64,000 bases of DNA from the human T2T-CHM13v2.0 reference genome, Homo sapiens, in the NCBI RefSeq assembly GCF_009914755.1, contig NC_060940.1; one strand, given 5' to 3'. The number at the start of each line of letters is the position of its first letter. Positions within the stretch are counted from its first letter, which is position 1. A model generated the notes under the pieces. It saw only the letters and a program-made list of their open reading frames with translations. It did no database searches and was not told the DNA's origin. Position numbers and translations under genes: made by a program. Positions 17,132 to 33,990 of the stretch are shown here, piece by piece.

Positions 17132-17259
17132 CTGCAAGAGAGACAAGCCACTGACTGCAGTCCTGGGGAGCCTCCACCTCCCTTCTCTCAACCCCACCCG
17201 CCAGGGAAGCCTCAGGCCGGGGTGCTGGGAGTTCTCCTCGCAGAGGGAGCTGCCTAAGC

Positions 17260-17400
17260 CAGTGGTTCTCAATCGGGGACAGTTTTGCCCCTTTACCCTG
17301 GGGATACTGGGCAATGTGACCTTTTTGATTGTCACGACTGTGGGGTGGGTGCTTCTGGCATCTAGTAGGTAGAGGCCAGGGATCCTGCTAAACATCCTAT
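17260..17400. mobile_element. MER20 (hAT-Charlie) in POLR3E intron 7
   Basis: cagtggttctcaatcgggg...ggcatctagtaggtagaggccagggatcctgctaaacatcct. Confidence 0.8.
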
Positions 17401-17482
17401 CATCCCATCCCTCTTCCCAGGACCAAGCCATCCCACCAGGATGAAGGCAGGCAGGCAGCAGGGCTGGGGATCCCGGGCTCAC

Positions 17483-17590
17483 CCTCGTTGGCCGCCTCCC
17501 TCTCCCGGTGCTTGGCGTCAGCCTTATCCAGGTAGGAGAAGCTGGGCCGCAGCTGCAGGATGCCATGTAAAGGTGTCAGGTGGAGCTCAC
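17483..17590 (-). CDS. POLR3E: POLR3E exon 7 (GELHLTPLHGILQLRPSFSYLDKADAKHREREAANE)
   Basis: 108 nt symmetric phase 1-1 exon, gccag/gtgagc. Confidence 0.95.
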
Positions 17591-18313
17591 CTGGCGGAGG
17601 AAGAAGGGCTTGGACTCAACTCTAGAAACCCACCCAGTTTGGCTCAAGAGAGTCACCAAGTCCCGTGAAGGCCTAGGCCCACCATCAAACCGCCTCCCAT
17701 TCCCGCTGCAGCCCCCAATCCTAGAGTCTTGGGACCACCAGGCCAGGGACCATCCCCACCTCCACCTGGCCTGCTGGACACAGCAAGCACACAGCCCAGA
17801 CTAGGACAGGAACCTGGACTCTTCTGTTCGAAGCCACTTCCTTCAGTCCCACCTCCCAGTCTGGTTCCACGCCCCTCTCCCCAGCTGCTCGCTTTGCAAC
17901 ACTAGGCAGCTAATCCTCATCAAATTCGCCCTGCTGTTTACCCTCCAGGCCTCGGCCAGCTCAGCCTTACTGTCCCGCCCCACACACCTGGATTTCCTCT
18001 CCTTCTTATCCTCCATCTTTTCCCGCCAAAATCCCACCCGTTCCACTAGGAAGTCCACTAGTGCCACTGTGGCTGGAGAAGAGGCCCTGCTAGAACTGGG
18101 TGGAGTGTCCACATGGCCTCTGATAAAGATCATGACTTTCCCTCCCGCTGCAAGGGATGTGGCTTTCAAGAATTACATGCTTGAGACATGGGTTCTAAAC
18201 AGAACGCGCGAGTTATATGACACTACTTTTGATCCTATCCCATTTTGTTTCCTAAGTGTTCAGATTAGTTTCGTTCATTGCTTTTGAGACTAAATACTTA
18301 AGCACTTTACTGT

Positions 18314-21101
<2,788 letters not shown>

Positions 21102-21701
21102 CGAGTGAAGAAGCATGTGGCTTCTTTCACTTAGCACAATGTTCTCAAGGCTCATCTGCGTGGTAGCATCACTGCTTCATTCTTTTCCATGGTCAAATAA
21201 CATCCCATTGCGTGAATGGACCACATTCTGTTTCTCCATGAATCCAGCGGATGGGCATCTGGGTTGTTTCCACTTTTTGGCTATCATGAAGATGCTACTG
21301 TGAACAACTGTGTATGGTTTTGTGTGGACACATGTTTTCATTTCTTTTGGATAGATGCTGCCTAGGAATGGAATTGCTCTGTCATAAGCTTCATATTTAA
21401 AGACAAAATTCTGTCCCTAAACTTATGTTAGCTACTTGTATGTATCTGTGTCCCGGGAGGACAAATGAACTTGGAGCCCCACCCCATCTGGTCAGGCAGT
21501 GTCCAGCCAGCAGTCCACAAAGGTGGCCACTTCCAGTCCCCTGACAATGTGTCATTTCTGTTATTTCCACACCTGCCCGGCCCCCACAGGTGTCTAGCTT
21601 TCAGGGCAGGTGGGAGATGGACACCAGGCTGGGGAGGTACTCTCCCTGCCCAGCCCCCCCCAATGCCATGTCCCCACCGCGGGACACCCAGCCCCGGGTA
21701 C

Positions 21702-21784
21702 CTTGCCTGTAGAGTGCAGCGGCATAACGGGATGTGTTACTGGTGGTCTGGGAAGAGCAGAAGGTCTGCTTGTCCATCAGCTTC
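21702..21784 (-). CDS. POLR3E: POLR3E exon 6 (KLMDKQTFCSSQTTSNTSRYAAALYRQ)
   Basis: 83 nt, ctccag/gtaccc, phase 2 to 1 fits the neighbours. Confidence 0.95.
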
Positions 21785-22171
21785 CTGGAGCACAGGGAGA
21801 AGCAACGTCACAGGGGAAGGCAGCTCCGAGCCAGGGCCTGTGGCCACAGCGCACCCCACCCCCTAGACACTTTCTGAAGTGCCACAGCCAGGGACCAAGG
21901 CCGCAGGGCAGCCTACGCGGGTCTCAGGAGGGCAGCCTGGGGATGAGAAAACCCATGGCCTTGTTTGTAGACCAAGAGACGAGGAGTGGGTAGGAGCTCT
22001 GGGACCAGCTAGTTCAGGAGGGCAGAGTCTGAGACAGGCCCAGCCCTCCAAAGGCTGGGACACTGGTGGGGAGCCCAGTGACGGGGCAAAGGGGGTCAAT
22101 GTCTTTAAGGTCTTTTGGAGGCTCCTGTGTGAACGCAGGGAAACCGGACAGGCTTGGGGCCGGAAACTCAC

Positions 22172-22287
22172 GAGGAATACGTGCTGGTCTCGTCGGCGCA
22201 GGCCCCGTCCACGTTCAGCGCAATCTGCTCCCCTTTGCTGCGGCAATAGTTGGGGTTCAGGGTGTCGATGGCCATCTCAAGCTCTAC
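22172..22287 (-). CDS. POLR3E: POLR3E exon 5 (VELEMAIDTLNPNYCRSKGEQIALNVDGACADETSTYS)
   Basis: 116 nt, ctccag/gtgagt; seen in ORF 22168..22410. Confidence 0.96.
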
Positions 22288-22986
22288 CTGGAGGCACCAA
22301 GCACCCCCACCAGCTATGAGGACCCCAAGGCATGGCTCCTCAAGGGACACCCCAACCCCACCATGGCCACCTCCTAACCAGGACCCTGCCCGGAAGCGAG
22401 ACTGACACATGTCCCCAAGGGCCCCTGGACTTCAGTCCACACCAAGGGTCACAAACCCAAATTCCAACAAAAATGTCAGAAGGAAGTGGAGAGTCCTGTA
22501 ATCTTGTTTGTCCTCTACTTCACTCCCAAAGACCTAAATTAGGTGCCAACATTTAAAAATCAAGAGATTTCTCATAAAAATCCTTATTTCCCACTTCTCT
22601 TGAAAAGCCAGCAGAACTGGCAATACTGGGATGGCACTTCCATGTGGCTGGAGGGGCTAGAGCTGCAGACCCTCCATGGATAGGCGCTAGATTCTCTTCC
22701 CATCAAACCTACTCCATGTTCACCCGCCCGCCCTCGTCTTATCCTGGGAACCTAAGCTCACATCTGGCCCCATTCTCTCATTCATCAGCCTCATGCGTCC
22801 CTGGCCTCTCTGGAGCTGCCCATCCCTGTCTTTCTGGACACTTTCCTTCTTCAGCTTTCAAGGGCCTGGGAGTTGCTGGTTCTCCTACTTCTCCAATGAC
22901 TCCTTCTCTGAGCTTCTCGCCTCCACCAGCTCCCACCCTCATCACCCTCTCTTTCGGCCCCAACTGCCCTCAGGGGGCAGCCCCAC

Positions 22987-23064
22987 CTTCTGCTGCTTGG
23001 GCTTGATCTTGGCTGAGAGGTGCGGAATGTCATCGTAGGTCATCGAGGCTGGACGCACAGGGTA
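22987..23064 (-). CDS. POLR3E: POLR3E exon 4 (YPVRPASMTYDDIPHLSAKIKPKQQK)
   Basis: 78 nt, AG/GT boundaries; completes the conserved QYPVR motif of the Rpc37/Sin family. Confidence 0.96.
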
Positions 23065-24419
23065 CTGGGGAGGGGAAGGGAGCCATTAAGTCCACTCTGC
23101 CCAGCCATGCCCAGAGCTGGGCCCTGGCCAAGAATCAACAGCTATCTCCAAGCCCACCCCAAGCAGAGACTGGCCTTACCCTACCACAAGGGTACAAGCT
23201 GCCCAGCCCTACCATGAGGCACCCCTGCCAGTCTCCACCCGCAGCCCTATTCTCATCAGCTCCCCACGGCCTCCTTCCAAAGGGCCACTGCAGGATGTCT
23301 CTGACTTCCGAGGGACGTGTCTACACACAGGAACCCAAACCGGCACGCTGCTGCTCCAGGAACCCACAGAGCACGGCCATGGGAGGTGAGGATGGGGGTC
23401 CAGGGCCTAACTACCAGTGGACAGGCCATCCGGGGAGAGAAGGACGACCAAAAGGAGTCCATGAGGAAGCAAAGAGTGAAAGCAACACCGGCACGTGCTG
23501 CTCACTGCTGAGGCCAGACGACGGGCAGGTGGGAATTCGTGAATCCATTCGCTCTCCTTATCTGGTTGTGTGAGCTTCCTCACAAGATGCTGGAAAAGGG
23601 AGCCAGGCAGCCATGGCCCGCTCTTATCTTTATGTGAATGGCTCACACAGCAATGCGCTCAACACGCAGGGGCTCCTGTCCACATCTGTCCTCACAGTAC
23701 ACTGTCCCTCTCTCTCTCAGGTGAAGGAGTCAAAGTCTGGACCCCTCCTCAAAAGCTCTGCCTGGTCTCATGACAGCCTGTAGAATGAGCCTGGTGGAGG
23801 TATGGCAGTGCGGAAAATAGGCCCTTTCAGATCAGCTACATTCTAGCGCAAGGAGACGGTCATTTCCTAAAAGCTCACTCACACAGCAAAGCCGTGACTC
23901 CTCCCTGCTTCCTGGGCTGGGGCTGGGGGCAGTTCTGAGATCACCTGACTGGGGGTGGGAAGGCTGAAGGGCGCAGGTTCTGAAATCACAGGCCTGGCTT
24001 CCAGTCCTCATCCTTCCCCTTGCTAACTGTGGACTCAGGCAGGCACCTCGCCTCCCTGAGGCTAAGCATCCTCACCTCCCAAGGCCGCTGTGAGCACGGA
24101 GGAGGCAAACAGAGCCGATGGTGGCTCAGGGTTTGGAACTCTGGACACACGGGGGTCACTGGCACCTCCACCATCACTTTGCAGCCAGTCAAGGAAACAG
24201 GGTGAGCAGGCACACAGGACAGGCCCCATTCCCACGGCCCATAAGGGTGAACCCCAGGGAGTGGAGGCCAGGCCCTCCCAGCACAGGCTTACAACATTGC
24301 TGCTGTGGCATGCCCCAGGCCTCCGTGCCCGTGAAGGCCTCCCTGTGCCTCACGTTCTCATGTGCATCATGGGATATGAACACTGACTCTAACTGTGGGA
24401 AGGCAACATGGGGCAGAGC

Positions 24420-25330
24420 AGCCCAGCAGTGCCTCAAAAAGCTAAACGCAGACCCAGCAATTCTGCTACCAGGCATATACCTAGAAGAAATGAGAATTCA
24501 CGTTCATCATAAAAACTTCTATGTGAATGTCCACAGTGGCATTATTTATAATAGCCAAAAAGTAGAAATAACCCAAATACCCATCAGCTGATGAATGGAT
24601 AAACAAACTGTGGTCTCCCATACAATGGAACATTATTCATCAGTAAAAGATCAAATATTGGCTGGGAGCGGTGGCTCACACCTGTAATCCCAGCACTATG
24701 GGAGGCCGAGGCAGGCAGATCACAAGGTCAGGAGTTCGAGACCAGGCTGGCCAACATAGTGAAACCCCATCTCTACTAAAAATACAAAAATTAGCCGGGC
24801 TTGTGGCGCGTGCCTGTAGTCCCAACTACTCAGGATGCTGAGGCAGAATCACTTGAGCCTGGGAGGCAGAGGTTGTGGTGAGCCGCAATCAAGCCACTGC
24901 ACTCCAGCCTGGGCAACAGAGCAAGACTGTGTCTCAAAACAAACAAACAAAAAAAAGAAAAGCTCAAATATTGATGCAGGCTATAGCTACCATGTGGATG
25001 AGCCCTGAAAACATCATGCAAAGTGAGAGCAGCCAATCACAGCAGGCCACATACTGCATGATTCCAGCTATGTGAAAAGTCCGGAATAGGCAAAACCATA
25101 AACAGAAAATAAGGGGAATGGTTGCCTGGGGTTGGAGGTGGGAATGGGGGGCACAGACTGATCGCTAATAGGCAAGGGGTTCCTTTAAAGGGGGACAAAA
25201 CTGTCCCAAAACAGACTGTGGCGCTGGTTGCACAGCCCCATGAGTAGACTAAAATCCATTGCATTACACACTGAAATGGGGAAACTGTGTGGTGTGTAAA
25301 TTCTATCTCAATATATCGGTTATAAAATGT
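24420..25330 (+). mobile_element. L1M 3' end with a nested Alu (24660-24960)
   Basis: gacccagcaattctgctacc, atgaatggataaacaaactgtgg, tccggaataggcaaa motifs. Confidence 0.75.
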
Positions 25331-26005
25331 AATAATCACCACCATAGGGTTATTGTGGGGTTAAAGAGGTAACTGAGGTAAATGCTTTCAACAGTCTGCA
25401 TACGGTCAATGCTCAATACATGTTGGCCACAATGACAAGCTGCTGGCCCAGCAGCAAGGGGAGGGGGCAGAGGTAGCAACCCGGGGCCCTCGCAGCTGGC
25501 AGGACTGAGGGCTCACAGACGCTGCCATGGAGCTGCCCCTTGGAGCCTCCATGACAACAGCGGCCATCATCACTGGCACCAACTCTCTGCCAGGCGGCAT
25601 CCTAAACACTTCACTGTGGACTCAGCCTGTCCTCCTGGGGACCTATGAGGCAGGCATTATCACCATCACCACTTTGCAAGTGAGGAAAGTGAGGCACAGA
25701 AGGATTAAGAAACTTGCCCACGGTCTCGCAGCTATGGTGTGATGGAGTTGGATCTCAATCCGGTCTGACCCCAGAGCCCCAGCTTTAACTGCTGCACACT
25801 TCTGCCTCTCCTGTGTTCCTTCAGTTTTCCCATCTTTGAAATGAGACCAATATTAACCCACCCACGAAAGCAAAGAGACCCCATGACACTCTCCACACCG
25901 AGAACCCTAGCTGAGGTTTCCCATCGTTTCCTGCCCGTGTTCCTGAGTCCACACCACCCACCCACACCTGCTTCTCCCCTCTTTACCTTCAAGTCCCATA
26001 ATTAC

Positions 26006-26056
26006 CTGAAATAGATACAGCTTTTCCGCCAGACTCTTGGCCAAGTACACATCGAT
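26006..26056 (-). CDS. POLR3E: POLR3E exon 3 (IDVYLAKSLAEKLYLFQ)
   Basis: 51 nt, cag/gtaatt boundaries, frame continuous. Confidence 0.96.
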
Positions 26057-27104
26057 CTGGGAAGAAGGGAAGACGACTTAACCGGGAGACTGGACACAGT
26101 GCTGACCTCCCCGGGCTATGCCAGCGCTTCCAGCTTCAGTTAAGGGCAGTGGCTCAGGGAAGCAGTTTGGGGAAGGAGGAAATAGCTCAGCTCATGCTAA
26201 AAGCAAGCGGATCCAAGGCTGCACACTGGGTATATTCAGGAATCCCTCCTGAAAGCTCCCAGGGGAACCAGGGCAAGAGTTCACCTGGTACCCCCACCCA
26301 AGTTCACAATCCCCCAGTAAGCACACATCTTCCCTGGGGCTGCACTGATCGGGAAACGTCCTACAGCCTGGGCAAATGCTCTTCTGAGAGGCAGGCAGGC
26401 GAGGGCTCACCTAGGCCTGTGCCTCCTGGCTGGGCCCTCCACCTGCCCCTCCTGGACCAGCCTGTCACCCCTTCTTAAGGGGTCTGCAAGGCCCTTTGTG
26501 ACTGATGGCTCCACTTCCTTTCTTCCCAACACTAACCACCCCCACCCCGCCACGCAGCAGTTTACCTTCCTGCTTCCTAACTCCTCCTATAAACCACATG
26601 CTCTCCTACCCCTGGGCCTTTGCACATGCTTTTCCCTATACCTACAGAGCCCTTCACACATGCCTCCCCTGAGCCTTGACTGCTCGCTCCTCCAAGGACT
26701 TGGCTGAGGCACAACTTGGGCAGGAAGCATTCCAGGCCCCCTGGCTGCAGAGGGCACTGCCTCTGTCCTCGGAGTCCCTTGGACTCTTCTATCCCATCAC
26801 CAACCCCCCTGTTGTAACTCCTGCTACTGCAGTGTAGATGCAGCTTAAATGCATCTAAATAACTCACATCTAATAACTTAGCAACATCCCCCAAGCAAGG
26901 AAAAACCACCTCTATTCATCTCCGAGGACCTTCTCCTTGCCCCTGCCCTTCCCACTGGAGGTCAGGCTCCGCATATAAGGAGGCTGAAGGCAGATGCAGT
27001 TACTTTTTGCCTTTTGCCTTCCAAAGGTCTAAGTCCTGGGTTAAAAGGATTCTGAAAGGTGAGTTTGACTATCAACAGCTTTCTCTAAGAAGGGAAACCT
27101 GTGC

Positions 27105-27669
<565 letters not shown>

Positions 27670-28207
27670 TCACTGATGTGTCACAGCCCCCAGCACACAG
27701 TGGTCCAGTGAACAGCTGCTGAATGACTACATCTGCGTAAGCCTGGGAAGGAGGGACTGCTGAGCCCATTTATTCATTCATTCATTCACCAAATAGTCGC
27801 CGGGTACCTGGGTGCCAGGCACTATACTCGGCTTTGCGGCACAGCAGTGGACGGGAAAGAAAGCAATCAACTGATATCTAGGGGATGACGGGGGCTAGGC
27901 CAAGTATGAGTTACCGCCAAGGTAAGGGCAGAGAGAGGCACGGGAGGGTGCAGGAGGGGAGCTGGGTGTGGAAGGGCAGTCAGGGAAGGCCTCCCTGATG
28001 AGGTGATGCCAGATCAGAGACCTGAAGGAAGGGAGAGGTCAGCCACGCAGGGGTCTGGGGGACAGCAGAGGGGACCAGGCAGAGGGAACAGCAAGGGTTA
28101 GGGGTCCCAGAACATCAACAGGTCCCAGACTGGCCTGAGGACACATGGAAAGGACCCAATTCCACTGCCTGTAGCCCCGGCGGCAGGGGACAGAGAGCAG
28201 CAGTTAC

Positions 28208-28243
28208 CTCCTGTACAACTGGGTCATCCTCTTCATTGGCCAT
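28208..28243 (-). CDS. POLR3E: POLR3E exon 2 coding part (MANEEDDPVVQE); whole exon 28208-28281
   Basis: tttgcag acceptor, AGTATGG start context, GAG|gtaact donor; matches the RPC5 N-terminus. Confidence 0.96.
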
Positions 28244-29270
28244 ACTAGAGGAGAGCCAGCCGCGCAGTCCTTCAGCTCGATCTGCAAAGGAGGGCGAGAG
28301 ACTGGGACCATCAGTCGTTCAACCAACATTTCCTTGTGCCTATTCTGCAACAGGCCCTGCACTGGGAGGGGGAGCCCACAACCAACCAACTGACCTTCTT
28401 TCTACATCTACATTGAAGTCAACAATGGATGACCAACCCTATACCCCATCAGCCAGAAGAAATAAAGAAAAAAAGAAACACTCAAGCAGCGGGTGCAAGC
28501 GGGTAGACCAAGCCAACAAGTGTGGGCTGCACCTGCGGGGAAAGGCAAATGACTGGCTTTAATGGTTTCTTCTCTGCTCACAGAGAATTCACTGCCAGAC
28601 AGAAGGATAGAGGTTGGCTGGTCCCAGCCATGATTAAAACACTGGAGAACTGAGGGCCCTGGGGACGCTTTAAAGAGGAGCCAGAAGTTGAACAGGAAGA
28701 CAGACAGTCCAAAGCTCTCTGATATTTGATTTTCAAGCTGACTTTAACTCGAATCCTGAGTGAGATGACTCTTCTGTGTTTTTGGTCTAAAAATGACCTC
28801 TTCACACACTCTTCTGTCCTGTATTCAACACAATGACCCTATGAGGTGTGGTGATTGTCACTGTTTTATAATGAACAGACTGGAACTCAGAGATACTGTG
28901 TGCATTTTGACCCAAAGTCACATAGCAAGCAGGATGATGAACTGGACTTCAAATCCAGGCTGTCTGACCTCAGGTGACAGGTACAGGTAGGGGAGTTGAG
29001 AGGCGGGAAAGGCCTTTCTGCTGGGGAGGAGGCACGTTAGGTGCGCCTGGAAGAAGAGAGAGCTTTGGGCAAGTCATGACAACAGAGGGGAGGAGAAATT
29101 CCAGGAAGAGGGAAGGCTGTAGGTCTCCACGGGGCAGGTTGAGTATTTCAGCTGGTCTGCCCCTTCACATACCCAAAGAGAAGAGGGGTGGTCATAGGTA
29201 GGATGGTACTCAGGCACCCCCAGGCCTCAGCAGTTCCCAAACCTCTGCTCTTGGGTGAGACTAGCATGAA

Positions 29271-31806
<2,536 letters not shown>

Positions 31807-32409
31807 TCATATTATTTCCCTGCCTAAGACCTGTCAACTGCCACTGTCACATAAAATAAAACCCAAACTCCTTTCCATGAGCCACCTAAGGCCCTACATA
31901 ATCTTGTCTCTGTCTTCCCCTCACCATCCAGGCTGGTAGCCACTTGCTGGGCCTCCAACAAGGCAAGCCCCAGTCCACCCCAGGTCCTTTGCACATCATC
32001 TATTCTCCCACAGGGATTTCCAAGGTTGCTCCTTTTTATTAAATATCATCACCGCCTGCAGGAGAGGATAGGTTCCCTGACCACCCTATTTTAAAAGCCT
32101 CCCCCAGCCTCCTCCCAGGCCCTACCACATCTCTGTTTTCTTTCCTTGGTGGGTCTCATCTTAATCTGGAACTACCTGGTCTATTTGCTCAGGTGTTGTT
32201 TGTCTTCTGCAATAGAACGTAAGCTCCATGAAGGCTTCTCAGTGCTTCAGTTTCCTCAACTATGAAATGCAGACAATCATACTTTACTTCATCAAAGCTG
32301 TTATGGGGAGCATTACTTTAAAAAAAAAATCCAGTGCTGGTTCTCTCAATACCTAGAACAGTGCCTGGCACGAAGTTGACACTCAATATAGTACAAAGAA
32401 TACTTTATA

Positions 32410-32574
32410 TTTAATCTTCTCATTAGCCCTATCAATAGAGATTTATCATCTTCAATTTGGAAATGACGAGACTGAGGTTCAGATATAAGCAACTCATCCA
32501 AGGTGGAATGAGGACAGAAACTTGGGTCTCGCTATGTCAAAGATCCTTATTCTTATTCTTAACCACTATACTGC
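32410..32574 (-). mobile_element. MIR, head-to-head with the Pol III MIR
   Basis: Minus strand starts GCAGTATAGTGGTTAAG; MIR core (gagactgaggttcaga on +); B box degenerate. Confidence 0.65.
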
Positions 32575-32591
32575 ACGGTTTTCTGATAAAC

Positions 32592-32837
32592 GGCAGTATG
32601 GTTAAGTGGGTAAGAGCTTGGACCCGAGAACAAAACTGTGCAGGTTCAAATCCCACCACAGCTGCTTGGCATCTGTGACCCACCTGAGTTGTCTGGGTTT
32701 GGTATTCCTCCCTATTTTCATCCCTAAAGTAGGGAAACTAAGTACCGACCTCCAGACCCCTGCGGGGAAGGAGTAAGGACAGGACGCTAATAAACGTAAC
32801 CTCTGGGAAGGTTTGTTATTACTTGACAACATGTTTT
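32592..32837 (+). ncRNA. Pol III-competent MIR, antisense in POLR3E intron 1
   Basis: MIR head with A box TGGTTAAGTGG (32599-32609) and B box GGTTCAAATCC (32643-32653); T4 runs at 32715-32718 and 32834-32837. Fits the known Pol III-occupied MIR in POLR3E intron 1. Confidence 0.85.
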
Positions 32838-33674
32838 CTGCCAACGTAAGCGGGTAATGACGCTAAGCCACAAGTCAAACGCTGCAAGCAGGAGCGTCAC
32901 CCGGTTTCTACTGAGCCGTCACCACAACCCTATGAGGTAGGAATTTCTATTATCTCTATTTCACAGATGAGGAAACTGTGGAGATCGCTAAGATCTCTTC
33001 TTTCCGCCTCCAAGCCCAAGGAATTCTAAAGCTAACCCAAAGGAACGACCTTGTTTGTTTACTGACACCTCCTCGGACCGAATGGTCAGGGCTGTATCCG
33101 GAACACAGAGTTGGCTCGGTAAACACTGAATGGTTGCCTGAATAAATGAATGAGGAATCCCTGGCCTCGCCGGGCAGAGGCTAATCCGGTTCAGCTGCGA
33201 AGTGGGGGCTCCGGCAGGCGCAGGTGCCCTCCCTGCCCATCGGGGCGGGCCGCCGATCCCGAGCCTCGCTGTCCAATGGGTTTCTGCTCCCTCGCGGGTG
33301 GTCAGGCCCCCCTTCTCACGCCCACCACGCAGTCCCTGCCGCGAGCCGCCACTACACCCGACGCGCGGACAGGTGTTTCTTCCGTAGGAGGCCTCCCAGG
33401 CCCGGATAGGGCAGGTCGGCTGGACCCTGAGTCACCGCCGCCAGCGTCGGCCGCGGCCTCCCCAACTCCCAGGTGTCAGGTCAAGGAAGTCAGAGTCCGG
33501 GGTCGGCCTGGAGCCGGCTGCCCCTCCTCCCCGCCCGAGTCCCGAGAGGCCTCCAGCTGCTAGGCACAGCGCGGCGCGGGCCTCCTTGGCCTACTCGGGA
33601 ATCTAGCCCAGGCCCACGTCGTGAGTGCGGTCCGGCTCAAGCCCCAGCTCGGGCACTGCCAAGACGGGACTCAC

Positions 33675-33805
33675 CTCTCCGCGGGGGCCGAGCGCGGACG
33701 GCGGCAACGGCCCAGTTACCCGCGGGCTGCAGAGACGGCGGCGGCCCGGCTCTCCTCTCAGGCGGCGGCCATGTTGCTGGTGGAGAAACTCCGGCGGACA
33801 CGTGG
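33675..33805 (-). other. POLR3E: POLR3E exon 1 (non-coding 5'UTR; TSS approximate)
   Basis: Lies in the CpG island; ends at GAG|GTGAGT donor (ac at 33673-33674 on +). The 5' boundary is inferred, not visible. Confidence 0.8.
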
Positions 33806-33912
33806 GGGGGAGCGGGCCGGCCCCAGCGTTTCCTCTTACCCACAATGCCCCGCCCCGGTGCACGCGGCTCCGCCCCCTCCGCCGCGCCATTCATGCAGGC
33901 CGTGAGCCCCGC

Positions 33913-33931
33913 CCTGCAGCAGGGGGCGCTG
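33913..33931 (+). promoter_or_regulatory. Candidate CTCF site between the tRNA and the POLR3E TSS
   Basis: ctgCAGCAGGGGGCGCtg, one mismatch to the CCAGCAGGGGGCGC core. Confidence 0.55.
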
Positions 33932-33974
33932 ATGGCACGCGCAAAACTGAGCCAGGAGTGTATGCAGCGGGGAC

Positions 33975-33979
33975 AAAAA
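33975..33979 (-). terminator. Pol III terminator (T5) of the tRNA-Leu gene
   Basis: aaaaa on + = TTTTT on -, 11 nt past the tRNA 3' end. Confidence 0.85.
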
Positions 33980-33990
33980 GACAGCAACCC

